In this document: piece after piece, positions 30,297 through 39,479 of the stretch | Layout: every line of letters begins with the position of its first letter | How positions within the stretch are numbered: position 1 is the first letter of the stretch | IMG/VR virus record: IMGVR_UViG_3300025141_016046 | Location: 11,846-75,845 of that record | Length of the DNA: 64,000 nucleotides | Direction: 5' to 3' (one strand) | Source of the DNA: a virus | The notes under the pieces: model-generated | The model's input: the letters and a program-made list of their open reading frames with translations, nothing else | Database searches by the model: none | Told to the model about the DNA's origin: nothing | Made by a program: the position numbers and the translations under genes

Positions 30297-31837
30297 TATT
30301 CATCCACGCGAAACTTGTTTCCAACACTTGTAAAAACTCTATCAGTTCCAAAGTCCTTTATAAGAAAGTCAAATGTATAGACCCTTCCTGAAACTAGTGA
30401 ATCCATGTAGAAGTCAAAGAACATTCCATCGGAGTCTGTTGAAAGAATAGTTCCCTTATACTCCTTATCGAATGGAATGACTATTTTTCCATTGAAAGCA
30501 TCTCTAACCCTATAGTACATTTGTGTATAGATTTCGCTAGTTGCCTCAAGGGGCTTCTTTTTAAAGATAACTTCTTTTCCAAGATTTTCAACAAATACTC
30601 TCAACCTCACCTTTTCAAAGGCACTATATCTTGACCTAAGATTTGTAACGTTTAGAAATAGCTTGTCAGGTGCATTATCAAAGCTAGTCCGCTTGACATC
30701 TCTAACAACCAGTGTTCCTGTATGAAATCCAAGTTTATAGTCTGTAGATCCCCAGTAAGTAGAAAAAGTTGCAGATGCAGCATTGACTATCTCATTTCTT
30801 AGAGTTCCAGATGCAAATGCACCAATAGCAAAAGATGCAGAATAGACACCTGTTACGTAGTGTGTACCTATCTTATGCTGAGATGCTGTTACTGAGTGGG
30901 TAAAGAATGTTCCTCTATCATGAGATCCAGACTCTATCCTCAATACTGCACAATTTGCACCCTTTATTTCGTTTCCTGTTCTACCGTCAAGCATGTGAGA
31001 AGGTTGATTTCTATGAAAATTATTTAAGAATATAGATCCTGTAAGATTAAAAAAGAAATTTTCATGATGGTCTATTTGTGAATCATCGTAGTGAACAACA
31101 ATCTTAGGCCTATTTTCAGGAGTAGTGGCATGTCTTGATGCAAACCTTTTAACAAACCTGGTTTTCTCATCTGTCTCCATTGTTCCTGATAGTGATATTC
31201 TTAGGCCATGATCAGGTATTTGTCCTGCAAGAACGCCAGATACAATTGTAGTAATATCAATATTTAAATCTTCGTTACCGGATTCAAATAGCTGATCTTT
31301 CCAAAGAAATGCAGTTGCACCGTTTCCGTCATGAAGATTTCCACTTGTAATAATATCAATATCACCACTTCCAAGCAGGCCCTCTTTATTTGCGCCTTCA
31401 AATGTCCAGATTGTAGGAGTCTGACCTGAAACTGAAGCAGTTACAAAGTTACAGGAATCTAAATCAGAAAAAGAAATAATATCTCTCCCGACACCTTCAT
31501 CAAATGCCTTTGCAAGGGGTGCAACCAAGATTCTAAAGTTAGAAGGTGTCGTCTGACCGCCGTATACATCTGCAAGTTTTAAAAAACATTTAAAAGAAGA
31601 GTGAGAAAAGTCTAAAAAAGATCCTGTAATTGATCTTAGTGGGTCAAGATCAAATTTAATAAGGCCTCTTGACAGCTCAGTGGGTGTTGTATCTGACCCT
31701 GATGTTGACTCTGCGTAGAGCTTAAATATATCTAATGTACCTGCCTTTCCCACATTGGCATCTTTTGCCCTTATATCATTATTGATAATCTTATTTGTGA
31801 TATAGGTGTCTTTGCTAGCAGTTAATATTCTATACAT
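30296..31837 (-). CDS. DNRLRE/CBM96-like domain virion protein
   Basis: ASKDTYI...NVG...SRGLIKFDL...HGLRI...FASR...RPKIVVHY follows the DNRLRE-domain pattern, with an Ig-like C-terminus. Confidence 0.6.
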   Translation of the reverse strand: MYRILTASKDTYITNKIINNDIRAKDANVGKAGTLDIFKLYAESTSGSDTTPTELSRGLIKFDLDPLRSITGSFLDFSHSSFKCFLKLADVYGGQTTPSNFRILVAPLAKAFDEGVGRDIISFSDLDSCNFVTASVSGQTPTIWTFEGANKEGLLGSGDIDIITSGNLHDGNGATAFLWKDQLFESGNEDLNIDITTIVSGVLAGQIPDHGLRISLSGTMETDEKTRFVKRFASRHATTPENRPKIVVHYDDSQIDHHENFFFNLTGSIFLNNFHRNQPSHMLDGRTGNEIKGANCAVLRIESGSHDRGTFFTHSVTASQHKIGTHYVTGVYSASFAIGAFASGTLRNEIVNAASATFSTYWGSTDYKLGFHTGTLVVRDVKRTSFDNAPDKLFLNVTNLRSRYSAFEKVRLRVFVENLGKEVIFKKKPLEATSEIYTQMYYRVRDAFNGKIVIPFDKEYKGTILSTDSDGMFFDFYMDSLVSGRVYTFDFLIKDFGTDRVFTSVGNKFRVDE

Positions 31838-31842
31838 TGATC

Positions 31843-33675
31843 TTACTCCACAGATCCGATAATATCATAATTTGGATATCTCATTTGAAATATTCCACCT
31901 CCCGGGGGTGTTACTATCCCTTTAAAAGTAGCCTGTTCCATGTTTAATATTACATTGCTATAAATTTTATTTGAAACTGTTCCGCTAAGATTTATCATCT
32001 CCAAGCTTGATAGGGATATAACACCGCCTGATTTAATAATTATTCTTTGTATTTCTGTTAAAAATAAAGGTTGGTCTATTTGAAAGTTTGCAATCTTAAA
32101 GTAGTTTTTAATTTTAGCATTAATTGACTGTATTACAGAATTCTTGTTTGCAACAGAGTTTACTACTATTGAATACTTGACTCCAACGTCTACAATTGGT
32201 GAATCTAAAATATCTATTGCATCTGATATTAGCCTATTTTGATTTAGCCATAGTGCTAGATTGTCTTTCAATGAATCTGGTGCATATTTAAGTTTTCCAC
32301 TTCTGTCTCGGCATATAATGTATAGCTGTGTTGCTAGCGGATTATCTGAGTTGGATCTTATTCCAGCCCTAAAGATTCTTCCAAACCTACTTGGCATCAT
32401 GTATACATGGGATAGTAAATCATCTCTTGTGACTATTCTAGATTGTGCGTTTCTAGCAGAAACTATTAATCTCTTGAGGTCTTCAATTGAGGGTTGATTT
32501 TCACCCCCTCCTGCTGATTGAGCATTTCTCACATCTACACTTGCTCTTATTTGAGCCTTGCGTGCAGGTGATACGCCTCCCTTAAATGTCGTCAAAAGTG
32601 TTGAGATTCCATTTATAGACCCGGGTGAAACGTTATGAGACAGCCCACCTCCACATCTATATTTTACCGTAATTGTCGTACCTATTGGAGAAATTCCCAA
32701 GCTTTTTGTTCTTAGCAGATTGTTTGGATCAATTGAAAATCTAGAAATAGTCTTTTTTCCATACATTGGAAGAGATAGCTCACTGGGATCTGGTATAATA
32801 TCGTCATCGAGTGTATCGGCCCTACCAGATCCAAACTGAATAGTAGTCTTTCCTGTCTGTCTATTAAATGTTGATACATATCTGTATGGAGCCGGTAGAA
32901 GCTCAAGGTTTTCAGGAACATCGTATGCGTCTGATGAAATATTTGCAACTCTCTTATAGACTACATTTTGTACAAGAGAGCCGACTTCATGATATTCATT
33001 TCCATTAGCATCCACTACTGCAATAATTTCTGAAACATCAGTATCTGGGATTATTATTCTTCTAAAGGGTACAAACTTTGCGCCTATAGAAAAGTCCTTT
33101 ACTCTTGTTTTTCCAGATACACACTGACCAGTTAATTTAAGAATGTATTCTTTTGGTGATTCACCTGATCCGTATGGAGTTACTTGTTGAAAGAAGTGGT
33201 TTCCCTCCTCGTCAGTTGCACCAAAGTCTAAGTCAGAAATAAGTGTGAAGCCTATGCCGTTTGAGGACATGAGCACTGTTCCCTCTCTAATTAATGGAAG
33301 ATATGAAATTTCTGGCATTGATGAATCAGATGTAGATGATGGAACCTTAATAGAAAAGACAACGTCTGCAGAAGCAGGTGATGCACCAGATACCTGTACA
33401 CCTGCCTGCCTAAGAAGCCTTTGAATGTTTTGTGTCTCTGTTGCTGTTTCGATATCAAGCTCATTAAACTGATAGTCGAGATAGTAGCTCATCACATCTC
33501 CAACATACGCAGTCATGTCAAGGAGCAGCCCACCAAGGCTTGCTTCAGAAAAGTCTTGCATCTTATCTGGAAAAAATGTCTTTGCATAAAGAAGAAGATC
33601 GGCCCTAAGGCTGTCAAAGTCTTTATTTAGATAAGATCTAAGCTCAGATTTTTTTAATTTTGTATTAACTGCCAT
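31843..33675 (-). CDS. Baseplate wedge subunit (T4 gp6 / baseplate J-like)
   Basis: YLNKDFDSLR...DFSEASLGGLLLDMTAYVGDVMSYYLD, IQFGSG, YRCGGG...NV, and GGGE...QSRIVTRDD. Confidence 0.88.
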   Translation of the reverse strand: MAVNTKLKKSELRSYLNKDFDSLRADLLLYAKTFFPDKMQDFSEASLGGLLLDMTAYVGDVMSYYLDYQFNELDIETATETQNIQRLLRQAGVQVSGASPASADVVFSIKVPSSTSDSSMPEISYLPLIREGTVLMSSNGIGFTLISDLDFGATDEEGNHFFQQVTPYGSGESPKEYILKLTGQCVSGKTRVKDFSIGAKFVPFRRIIIPDTDVSEIIAVVDANGNEYHEVGSLVQNVVYKRVANISSDAYDVPENLELLPAPYRYVSTFNRQTGKTTIQFGSGRADTLDDDIIPDPSELSLPMYGKKTISRFSIDPNNLLRTKSLGISPIGTTITVKYRCGGGLSHNVSPGSINGISTLLTTFKGGVSPARKAQIRASVDVRNAQSAGGGENQPSIEDLKRLIVSARNAQSRIVTRDDLLSHVYMMPSRFGRIFRAGIRSNSDNPLATQLYIICRDRSGKLKYAPDSLKDNLALWLNQNRLISDAIDILDSPIVDVGVKYSIVVNSVANKNSVIQSINAKIKNYFKIANFQIDQPLFLTEIQRIIIKSGGVISLSSLEMINLSGTVSNKIYSNVILNMEQATFKGIVTPPGGGIFQMRYPNYDIIGSVE

Positions 33676-33679
33676 TTCA

Positions 33680-34153
33680 CTATCCTATGCAATATAAAAT
33701 AACTTCTATTCCCTTATTTTGTACTTTTATTTTTGGAATACTATATAAAACTCTTATAGATATTTGAGCAACTGACTCACTATCTGGTGGGTCTTTAAAT
33801 GAAGATTCAAAGGAATCTAGATTAATATAAGGCATATATTTTTTAACAGAATCTCTAATTCTCATCATTGCCTCATTGTCAAAATCTTCATGTGATAGCC
33901 GCTCTGTTGTTAATTCTCTTAGGTTTGCACCGAAGTCGTAATGACCTAATCTCTCACCATGATTTGTTAAAAGTAGATTTTTTAAATTATCCTGAACCTG
34001 TGCCCCTAAGTCAAAATGCATTTCAAAAATACCAGATCTTCCTGTCCCATGTGCCAGTGGTGTCTTTATTCCAATGGGTGGGGTGTCAAAAGTTCTATTA
34101 AACTTTCTATCGCCTGATCTCTCACCAACGCTCTTAAAACTTCTTGTTGCCAA
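33680..34153 (-). CDS. Baseplate protein, gp25/GPW family
   Basis: QVQDNLKNLLLTNHGERLGHYDFGANL...KYMPYI is the gp25 signature. TTG start after a GGAAGG SD. Confidence 0.88.
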   Translation of the reverse strand: MATRSFKSVGERSGDRKFNRTFDTPPIGIKTPLAHGTGRSGIFEMHFDLGAQVQDNLKNLLLTNHGERLGHYDFGANLRELTTERLSHEDFDNEAMMRIRDSVKKYMPYINLDSFESSFKDPPDSESVAQISIRVLYSIPKIKVQNKGIEVILYCIG

Positions 34154-34170
34154 CTTTACCTTCCCAGTAC

Positions 34171-34178
34171 TAAATATA
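34171..34178 (-). promoter_or_regulatory. Candidate late-promoter motif TATATTTA
   Basis: Intergenic, 17 nt upstream of the gp25-like start, at the head of the wedge operon. Confidence 0.45.
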
Positions 34179-34193
34179 TGCTCAGATAAATAA

Positions 34194-35477
34194 TCAGCCC
34201 GCTATCTCATTTGCAACAGCATTAAAAATCTCTCCCTCACCAAAGATTATTCCAACTATCGATACCGCTAACCACTTTACAAATCTACCGATCAAGACAA
34301 CTAGTGTTGCAGCCTTTGTAATAAACTCTTCTGGATTGCCAAAAATAGCTTGAATTATTGATAAAATAATTTCTAAAAGTAACTCAATCAACCCTACGAC
34401 TCCCTTTGCAAGAGCAGCAAGGATTGATAGGATAAATTCTCCAAGAGCTACCGGGTTAGTAAAGATATTTGTAATCCAGTCGATTATTGCCTGAAAGACG
34501 CCCAATATCCTAGCTAGAATGTTCCCATCAGGTAGTTGAAGAAACATGTCCAAGCTAAGCGATGGAAGATTAATATTAAATATGTCCAGCGACAGCGTGG
34601 GAATGTTTAAGACCCACTCAGGAAGTGTAGGTAATAATGAAGGAATGTCAGGAAGAGCTAGAAGTGTTAAAAGAAAATCTAAGATTGCCTCTTTGATCTT
34701 AGAAAAAATATGATCTTGTACCCAGCTTATGATAGCTTTTAGCTTTTCCTTAATTGCGTCAATGATCTTACTTTTAAGATCTAGATCCTTTATAAATTCA
34801 ATAATTTCATAAATAATTCTTGTAATATCATCTAAAAGCCCTATTATCGGCGGGTAGCCAAATAGAATCAATAGCTCGTCAACGCCATCAAGCATTGGCA
34901 GCGACTTAGCTATCATCGCTGCTAATATTATTGCTGCAGATGCAAGCTTCTCAAGAATTTCTGACAGCTTCAATCCCTCAAGATCAAATGCTATTCTATC
35001 TGCGTAGTCATCTATTTTGTCTCCAAGATGCTCTCTAAACTCCTCAAGTCTAGACCTTATCTCATCTTGAATTAGGGGCACTGTCTCCTTTATAACCGCA
35101 CCAATTTTTGCAACAATCCTTGTGGGATCAATAAATCCGACTTGCAACCCGACGGGAGAGTCAATGTTAAAGTCTAGCATTTCTGCAACTGATGCGGAAA
35201 AATCTAAAATTGTCTCATTTGCTGGTGTAAATTGCTCAGGGTCTGCCTCAATCATATCAGCTATGTCGGAATTTCCCTGGAACTCTATGGGAATAAGCGT
35301 CTCTGTTACACCGGGCAAGACGTATGCACTTGCAGAAGGAGAGGCACCCGATGTTCCGTTTCTAATAACATCAACTGAGTCTGTCATAATTGCAGCTTTT
35401 TGAGACTCAGTAAGTGTAGCAAGACCTGTATCGGGGTCCTCTGTTAGAATTCCAGATGCTACAAGCGCTGACGCCAT
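34194..35477 (-). CDS. Hypothetical amphipathic/hydrophobic helical protein
   Basis: Acidic N-terminus, an Ile/Leu-rich helical body with an LP-x-LP linker, and long hydrophobic C-terminal segments. Confidence 0.5.
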   Translation of the reverse strand: MASALVASGILTEDPDTGLATLTESQKAAIMTDSVDVIRNGTSGASPSASAYVLPGVTETLIPIEFQGNSDIADMIEADPEQFTPANETILDFSASVAEMLDFNIDSPVGLQVGFIDPTRIVAKIGAVIKETVPLIQDEIRSRLEEFREHLGDKIDDYADRIAFDLEGLKLSEILEKLASAAIILAAMIAKSLPMLDGVDELLILFGYPPIIGLLDDITRIIYEIIEFIKDLDLKSKIIDAIKEKLKAIISWVQDHIFSKIKEAILDFLLTLLALPDIPSLLPTLPEWVLNIPTLSLDIFNINLPSLSLDMFLQLPDGNILARILGVFQAIIDWITNIFTNPVALGEFILSILAALAKGVVGLIELLLEIILSIIQAIFGNPEEFITKAATLVVLIGRFVKWLAVSIVGIIFGEGEIFNAVANEIAG

Positions 35478-36868
35478 TACTTCACCAGAACTTTAGTTGC
35501 CAGCGTGCTAAAATGAATTGGGGATTCAAGCTCGGGTGATCCTTCTGGATATCCTAAAATTCCCTGCGCTACTGTGAGAACAGGTGCTGCAGACACAGAG
35601 CCCTCTGTCTCTGATGTAAATGTTGGATTTGTTGTCAATATTGCCTTATCAGCGTCATCTCCTCCAAGCTTTATGACACCCTCGGGGCCTGGAATAAAGA
35701 CAATATTTCCATCTGCCTTGAGAACAACAGCTGATCCTGTATCAGCATCACCAATTGTAATCTTCATGTCCTCTCTTGCAACCAGTCTAACCTGCGTGCT
35801 CTTTAATACTATTGCTGGCTTGCCACCTTCTGACCTGTCCATTCCCTCCACATCTATGGCGAACATACTGTCTGCGTCTGTCTTCATAGATACGTAAATT
35901 CTTGACAAGTCTAGGGAGAAATCAGGTGATCCTTCTGCGGGATTGTCAACACCAAGCAGCAATTCTTTTCTAGGGTGTTTTGATATTTCATTGTAGCCTC
36001 TTTTATTTGTTACACCCTTTTTTGTATATGCAGCAGAGGTTGAATTAGACTGCCCCCTTCCTACACAAATATCTATTGCACCCTGGCCAGGATCCTTCAT
36101 GGAAGTTCCAAATGACTTAAATGGTCTATCTCCTGTCGAGTTATAGTCTGTCCCCATGACTATGCTTGTATTGTTTGAACCCTGTAGGACAACATCGCCT
36201 ACTCGTTTTGAAATTCTAGGAACGGGCTCACCAATAAATTCATTTACACTGAGATTTCCTCCAAATGATGTTGCATTTTTTACTATTTTTCCAAACCCAT
36301 GTGACCCTGCAAGTGTTCTTTTCTTTCTTGAGTGAGGATCACCATTTGGAAATCCTGGAACAGCTTTTTGATTTTTATCTCCTCCTGCACCTAGAAGGAG
36401 TGGTATACCACGATCTTTTGTAAGAGATCTATATTGATGAGACCTGTCAGCATGTGTATAATTTAAATCATCAACCTGAAAGTCTCCACATTTTCTGCTT
36501 ATCCAGTAGCCTAGTGTTTTGTCATCTGTCTTCTCATAGATTACCCAAACATGCTCTCCTGGCTTAATTGGTAGACACAAATGAGGTGAAAAGAACGGAT
36601 AGAATATCTCTCTCTTATCAGTAACACCCATTCCATCGTTTACTCTAACACCTATAATACTATTCATTGGCATTCTTTTAATGAAGTTTGGATTTATTAT
36701 GTTATCTCTTTTACCCCTACCTGACTTTAACTGTCTTATAAGCGTCTTTCTAACACTAACTGGATTTGAAACAAACTCTGTTACAACAGCTGTGTGAAAC
36801 AATTGTATAGATTGTTTTTGAGAATTATCTGATGTATATCCCAGGGGATCAGATGGATTAAACGGCAT
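35477..36868 (-). CDS. Baseplate central spike-like protein (gp5/VgrG-like OB fold + beta-helix)
   Basis: OB-fold segment PFFSPHLCLPIKPGEHVWVIY...YWISR, then GDVVLQGSNNTSIVMG and short beta repeats (IVLKSTQVRLVARE, VVLKADGNIVF, IKLGG). Lies two genes upstream of gp25. Confidence 0.65.
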   Translation of the reverse strand: MPFNPSDPLGYTSDNSQKQSIQLFHTAVVTEFVSNPVSVRKTLIRQLKSGRGKRDNIINPNFIKRMPMNSIIGVRVNDGMGVTDKREIFYPFFSPHLCLPIKPGEHVWVIYEKTDDKTLGYWISRKCGDFQVDDLNYTHADRSHQYRSLTKDRGIPLLLGAGGDKNQKAVPGFPNGDPHSRKKRTLAGSHGFGKIVKNATSFGGNLSVNEFIGEPVPRISKRVGDVVLQGSNNTSIVMGTDYNSTGDRPFKSFGTSMKDPGQGAIDICVGRGQSNSTSAAYTKKGVTNKRGYNEISKHPRKELLLGVDNPAEGSPDFSLDLSRIYVSMKTDADSMFAIDVEGMDRSEGGKPAIVLKSTQVRLVAREDMKITIGDADTGSAVVLKADGNIVFIPGPEGVIKLGGDDADKAILTTNPTFTSETEGSVSAAPVLTVAQGILGYPEGSPELESPIHFSTLATKVLVK

Positions 36869-36871
36869 TTT

Positions 36872-37237
36872 TTAGCTTCCTATCTGATTGAATATATCTT
36901 CTGGGTTTATTACTTCATCATTTTCTTCTGCTTTTCCTACAAGCTCTGCTAACCTAAGTATCTGATCATTTGATTTTGACATTCTCTCAAGGTATTTAGA
37001 CATTATAGGCCCAAATGTTGCATGATTTGCAGAATTTCCTTGTGATTGCTTCATTAAATCCATAAAAAGAATAGATGCATTCTCTCTATCATTTAAGGCA
37101 TTTTCATAAATTTCTTTCCATAAAAGCTTTTTCTTATCTTTTGTGCTTTCAATTGCGTCTAAGATATCACCAAAGTCTTCTATTTTTTTATTTTTTTTAT
37201 TAATTCTCTTTTGGAGATCTGATATTTTATTTGACAT
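36872..37237 (-). CDS. Small helical protein (possible terminase small subunit)
   Basis: All-helical, with LWKEIYENALNDR...YLERMSKSNDQILRLAEL. Start moved to the ATG at 37237, which follows an AAGGGGG SD. The function is a guess. Confidence 0.4.
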   Translation of the reverse strand: MSNKISDLQKRINKKNKKIEDFGDILDAIESTKDKKKLLWKEIYENALNDRENASILFMDLMKQSQGNSANHATFGPIMSKYLERMSKSNDQILRLAELVGKAEENDEVINPEDIFNQIGS

Positions 37238-37250
37238 TTTTTTAGCCCCC

Positions 37251-37991
37251 TTAAAAGAATATATCAAACTCACCCTGTTTCACGAGAGATTTATAGTGCT
37301 TTCTAATAGAAGACATGGCTATTGATAGCTGCTTGGGATTAAGATTTGATATGTCACGTAGGTATACAAAGATTGCTCGCTTATTTAGTAGATCAATATC
37401 ATCAATCTTTTCAAAAAGAGTAATGATTGCATCTATGCAAGCTAGCTCATTCTCACCTGAGAGTTTTTGCTTTATCTCTGTCATAAGAGAGAATAGATTT
37501 TCCATAGACTCTCTTTTTATCATGTCAGTATCTTGAGGTGGAATTACCTTATAGCCTTCAATTGCACCCATATCTCTTCTACTAATTGAAAGTGGATCAT
37601 CAAGACTTACCTGTCTTCTTATTTGCTTTACTCTCTGCTTGCTTTTAATTATAAGCCAATTTTTTGCAACAACGTTAAAATATGAAAAAGCCTTGGTTCC
37701 CCTTGTGTGGTCAAACTTATTTAATGTCTCATATAGAAATACGACACAGTCAGACTTAAGATCCTCATAAGAAGAGTGTGAAGACTTAAACCCGTGAATG
37801 AAGATTAAATTTTCGACTAGCTTGTCGAATGCTGGAAATATCTTGGAGACATATATCTTTTCTCTATCTTTTGGGCACTCCATTCCTTGAAACTTAATGA
37901 TGGAATTGTGCGTCTCTTCATTGAAATAGAGAATTCTCTTTCCTTTTCCCCTCTTTCTTCTTATCTTAACGAATTTCTTTTTTCCCTTCAC
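37251..37991 (-). CDS. Phage sigma70-family factor (T4 gp55-like late sigma candidate)
   Basis: Region-2-like YEDLKSDCVVFLYETLNKFDHTRGTKAFSYFNVVAKNWLI. GTG start after a GAGGAGG SD. Confidence 0.75.
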   Translation of the reverse strand: MKGKKKFVKIRRKRGKGKRILYFNEETHNSIIKFQGMECPKDREKIYVSKIFPAFDKLVENLIFIHGFKSSHSSYEDLKSDCVVFLYETLNKFDHTRGTKAFSYFNVVAKNWLIIKSKQRVKQIRRQVSLDDPLSISRRDMGAIEGYKVIPPQDTDMIKRESMENLFSLMTEIKQKLSGENELACIDAIITLFEKIDDIDLLNKRAIFVYLRDISNLNPKQLSIAMSSIRKHYKSLVKQGEFDIFF

Positions 37992-38012
37992 TACTTAAGA
38001 CCCTCCTCAAAT

Positions 38013-38306
38013 CTACTCTGATACAGCATTTTCATCAATTGATCCGAGAATATTGGCAACATGAAGAACAGACTCTCTAGTTTCCTTTATATCTCTAATA
38101 ACTTGCCTAATCTCAAGACTGTCAAAAAAAACAGGTGTTTCAAGAATGCTTGTCATTGAAGAGTATTTTTGATCTAGAACATCTAGAGACTCTTCAATAC
38201 CATCTTGCAATCTTAGTATCAGTGTGCCAAATTTATAATTATAATAAACTGACAGACATAATAACAAAGAAAGTGTAGTGGTAGAAGCAATCCAGGCCCA
38301 GGTCAA
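38013..38306 (-). CDS. Small membrane-anchored coiled-coil protein
   Basis: N-terminal hydrophobic helix WAWIASTTTLSLLLCLSVYY followed by a heptad-like tail. Confidence 0.55.
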   Translation of the reverse strand: MTWAWIASTTTLSLLLCLSVYYNYKFGTLILRLQDGIEESLDVLDQKYSSMTSILETPVFFDSLEIRQVIRDIKETRESVLHVANILGSIDENAVSE

Positions 38307-39469
38307 GATCTTCTCCAGTAGACTTCATCAATTAAAGCGTCATACTTCACACTGATTGCTCTTTGAGAAAATGTTTCTTTTAACTTACTAGAAAGGTCGG
38401 AAGCCCACTGCTCAGGCTTTTTATAATTATTTCTAAATTTTGTAACTTTCTTTTTAAAGTCATCCTCAACTGGATCAGCCCATCTAAATCCCTTAAGAAA
38501 GATTCTTCCATCAACTCTGCTCTCTGGAATTGTAACTAGGTCATAATTGACAGGTATAAATTTCCCTAGATTAAGAAAGTCTAAGTGTCCTGACCAATTT
38601 GTTGCAATGACTGGTATTTTTGCAGCAGACGCCTCTAAGAGTGGGAGTCCGAAGCCTTCGCCTCTAGTAAGACTTACAAGGCATTTTAGTGAATCTACTG
38701 CGTAAAGAGATGCAACTTCATCGCCAGTCATATTTCCATGAAGAAGGTGAACTCTGGGATACGGTCCTTTTCTGGCTTCTGCTATTACCTGGTTTATCTT
38801 TTGAAGTGTGATCTGTCTATCTATTCTTGTACCTCTCCCATGATTTGTCTTTATTATAATTCCTACATCTGGATCATCACTAAATGATTCAAATAGCCAC
38901 TTTAGTGTGAAAAGAAGATTTTTTCTATCATTGTACGGATCTCCTCCGGTAAATTGACCAAACACTAAAAAATTAAAATCAGTGTCTAGCTCAATGTCAA
39001 GAGGCATTGGATTTTCATCTATTTGCTCAATGTATGACTCAGGAACAACATGGACAGGTGTGGTAGGTGTTCCTGTTCTCATTATAGTATCTCTAATGTG
39101 CTCAGTTGGAACTATAACAGCATCCATGTCATTAATTCTAGATATCCATTCTGGATTGCACGTATCTGTTTCTACAAATGCACTTACGCCTATATTAAAT
39201 TCTGCAAGATTTGGATCCCACTCATCTGGTAGTTGAACTTGAAAAGATATGTCAGGTTTTCCCGGAGACGGAGAGGATTTATTCATTATATCACCGATCA
39301 ACCCTCCTTCCATTTCTGAATTGATCATCCATGAAGTATTTCCCCACTGGACAACCTGTGCAAATAAATTAAAATCTTTTCTAGTCAAGAGCCACTTGAA
39401 TATCTGCCTAGAGTGGGTTCCATACCCACTATAAGAAAGCAGCGGTGCTCTAATAATAACATTCTTCAT
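38303..39469 (-). CDS. Glycosyltransferase, GT-B fold (GT4-like)
   Basis: SGYGTHSR, RKN, GEGFGLPLLEA (EX7E motif), PVIATNWSGHLDF. Confidence 0.88.
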   Translation of the reverse strand: MKNVIIRAPLLSYSGYGTHSRQIFKWLLTRKDFNLFAQVVQWGNTSWMINSEMEGGLIGDIMNKSSPSPGKPDISFQVQLPDEWDPNLAEFNIGVSAFVETDTCNPEWISRINDMDAVIVPTEHIRDTIMRTGTPTTPVHVVPESYIEQIDENPMPLDIELDTDFNFLVFGQFTGGDPYNDRKNLLFTLKWLFESFSDDPDVGIIIKTNHGRGTRIDRQITLQKINQVIAEARKGPYPRVHLLHGNMTGDEVASLYAVDSLKCLVSLTRGEGFGLPLLEASAAKIPVIATNWSGHLDFLNLGKFIPVNYDLVTIPESRVDGRIFLKGFRWADPVEDDFKKKVTKFRNNYKKPEQWASDLSSKLKETFSQRAISVKYDALIDEVYWRRS

Positions 39470-39479
39470 TCAAAAATTC

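Noticed and set aside
31843-36868. T6SS or extracellular contractile injection system instead of a phage
   Set aside because: No TssJLM/ClpV or Afp15-type ATPase is present. The flanking primase, RuvC, Mre11-Rad50 and gp55-like sigma factor fit a myophage genome. Capsid, sheath and large terminase genes are not in this window, so the phage call rests on context.
38013-38306. Holin or spanin call for the small membrane protein
   Set aside because: A single TM helix plus coiled coil is compatible, but there is no adjacent endolysin or lipoprotein partner, so the call is unsupported.
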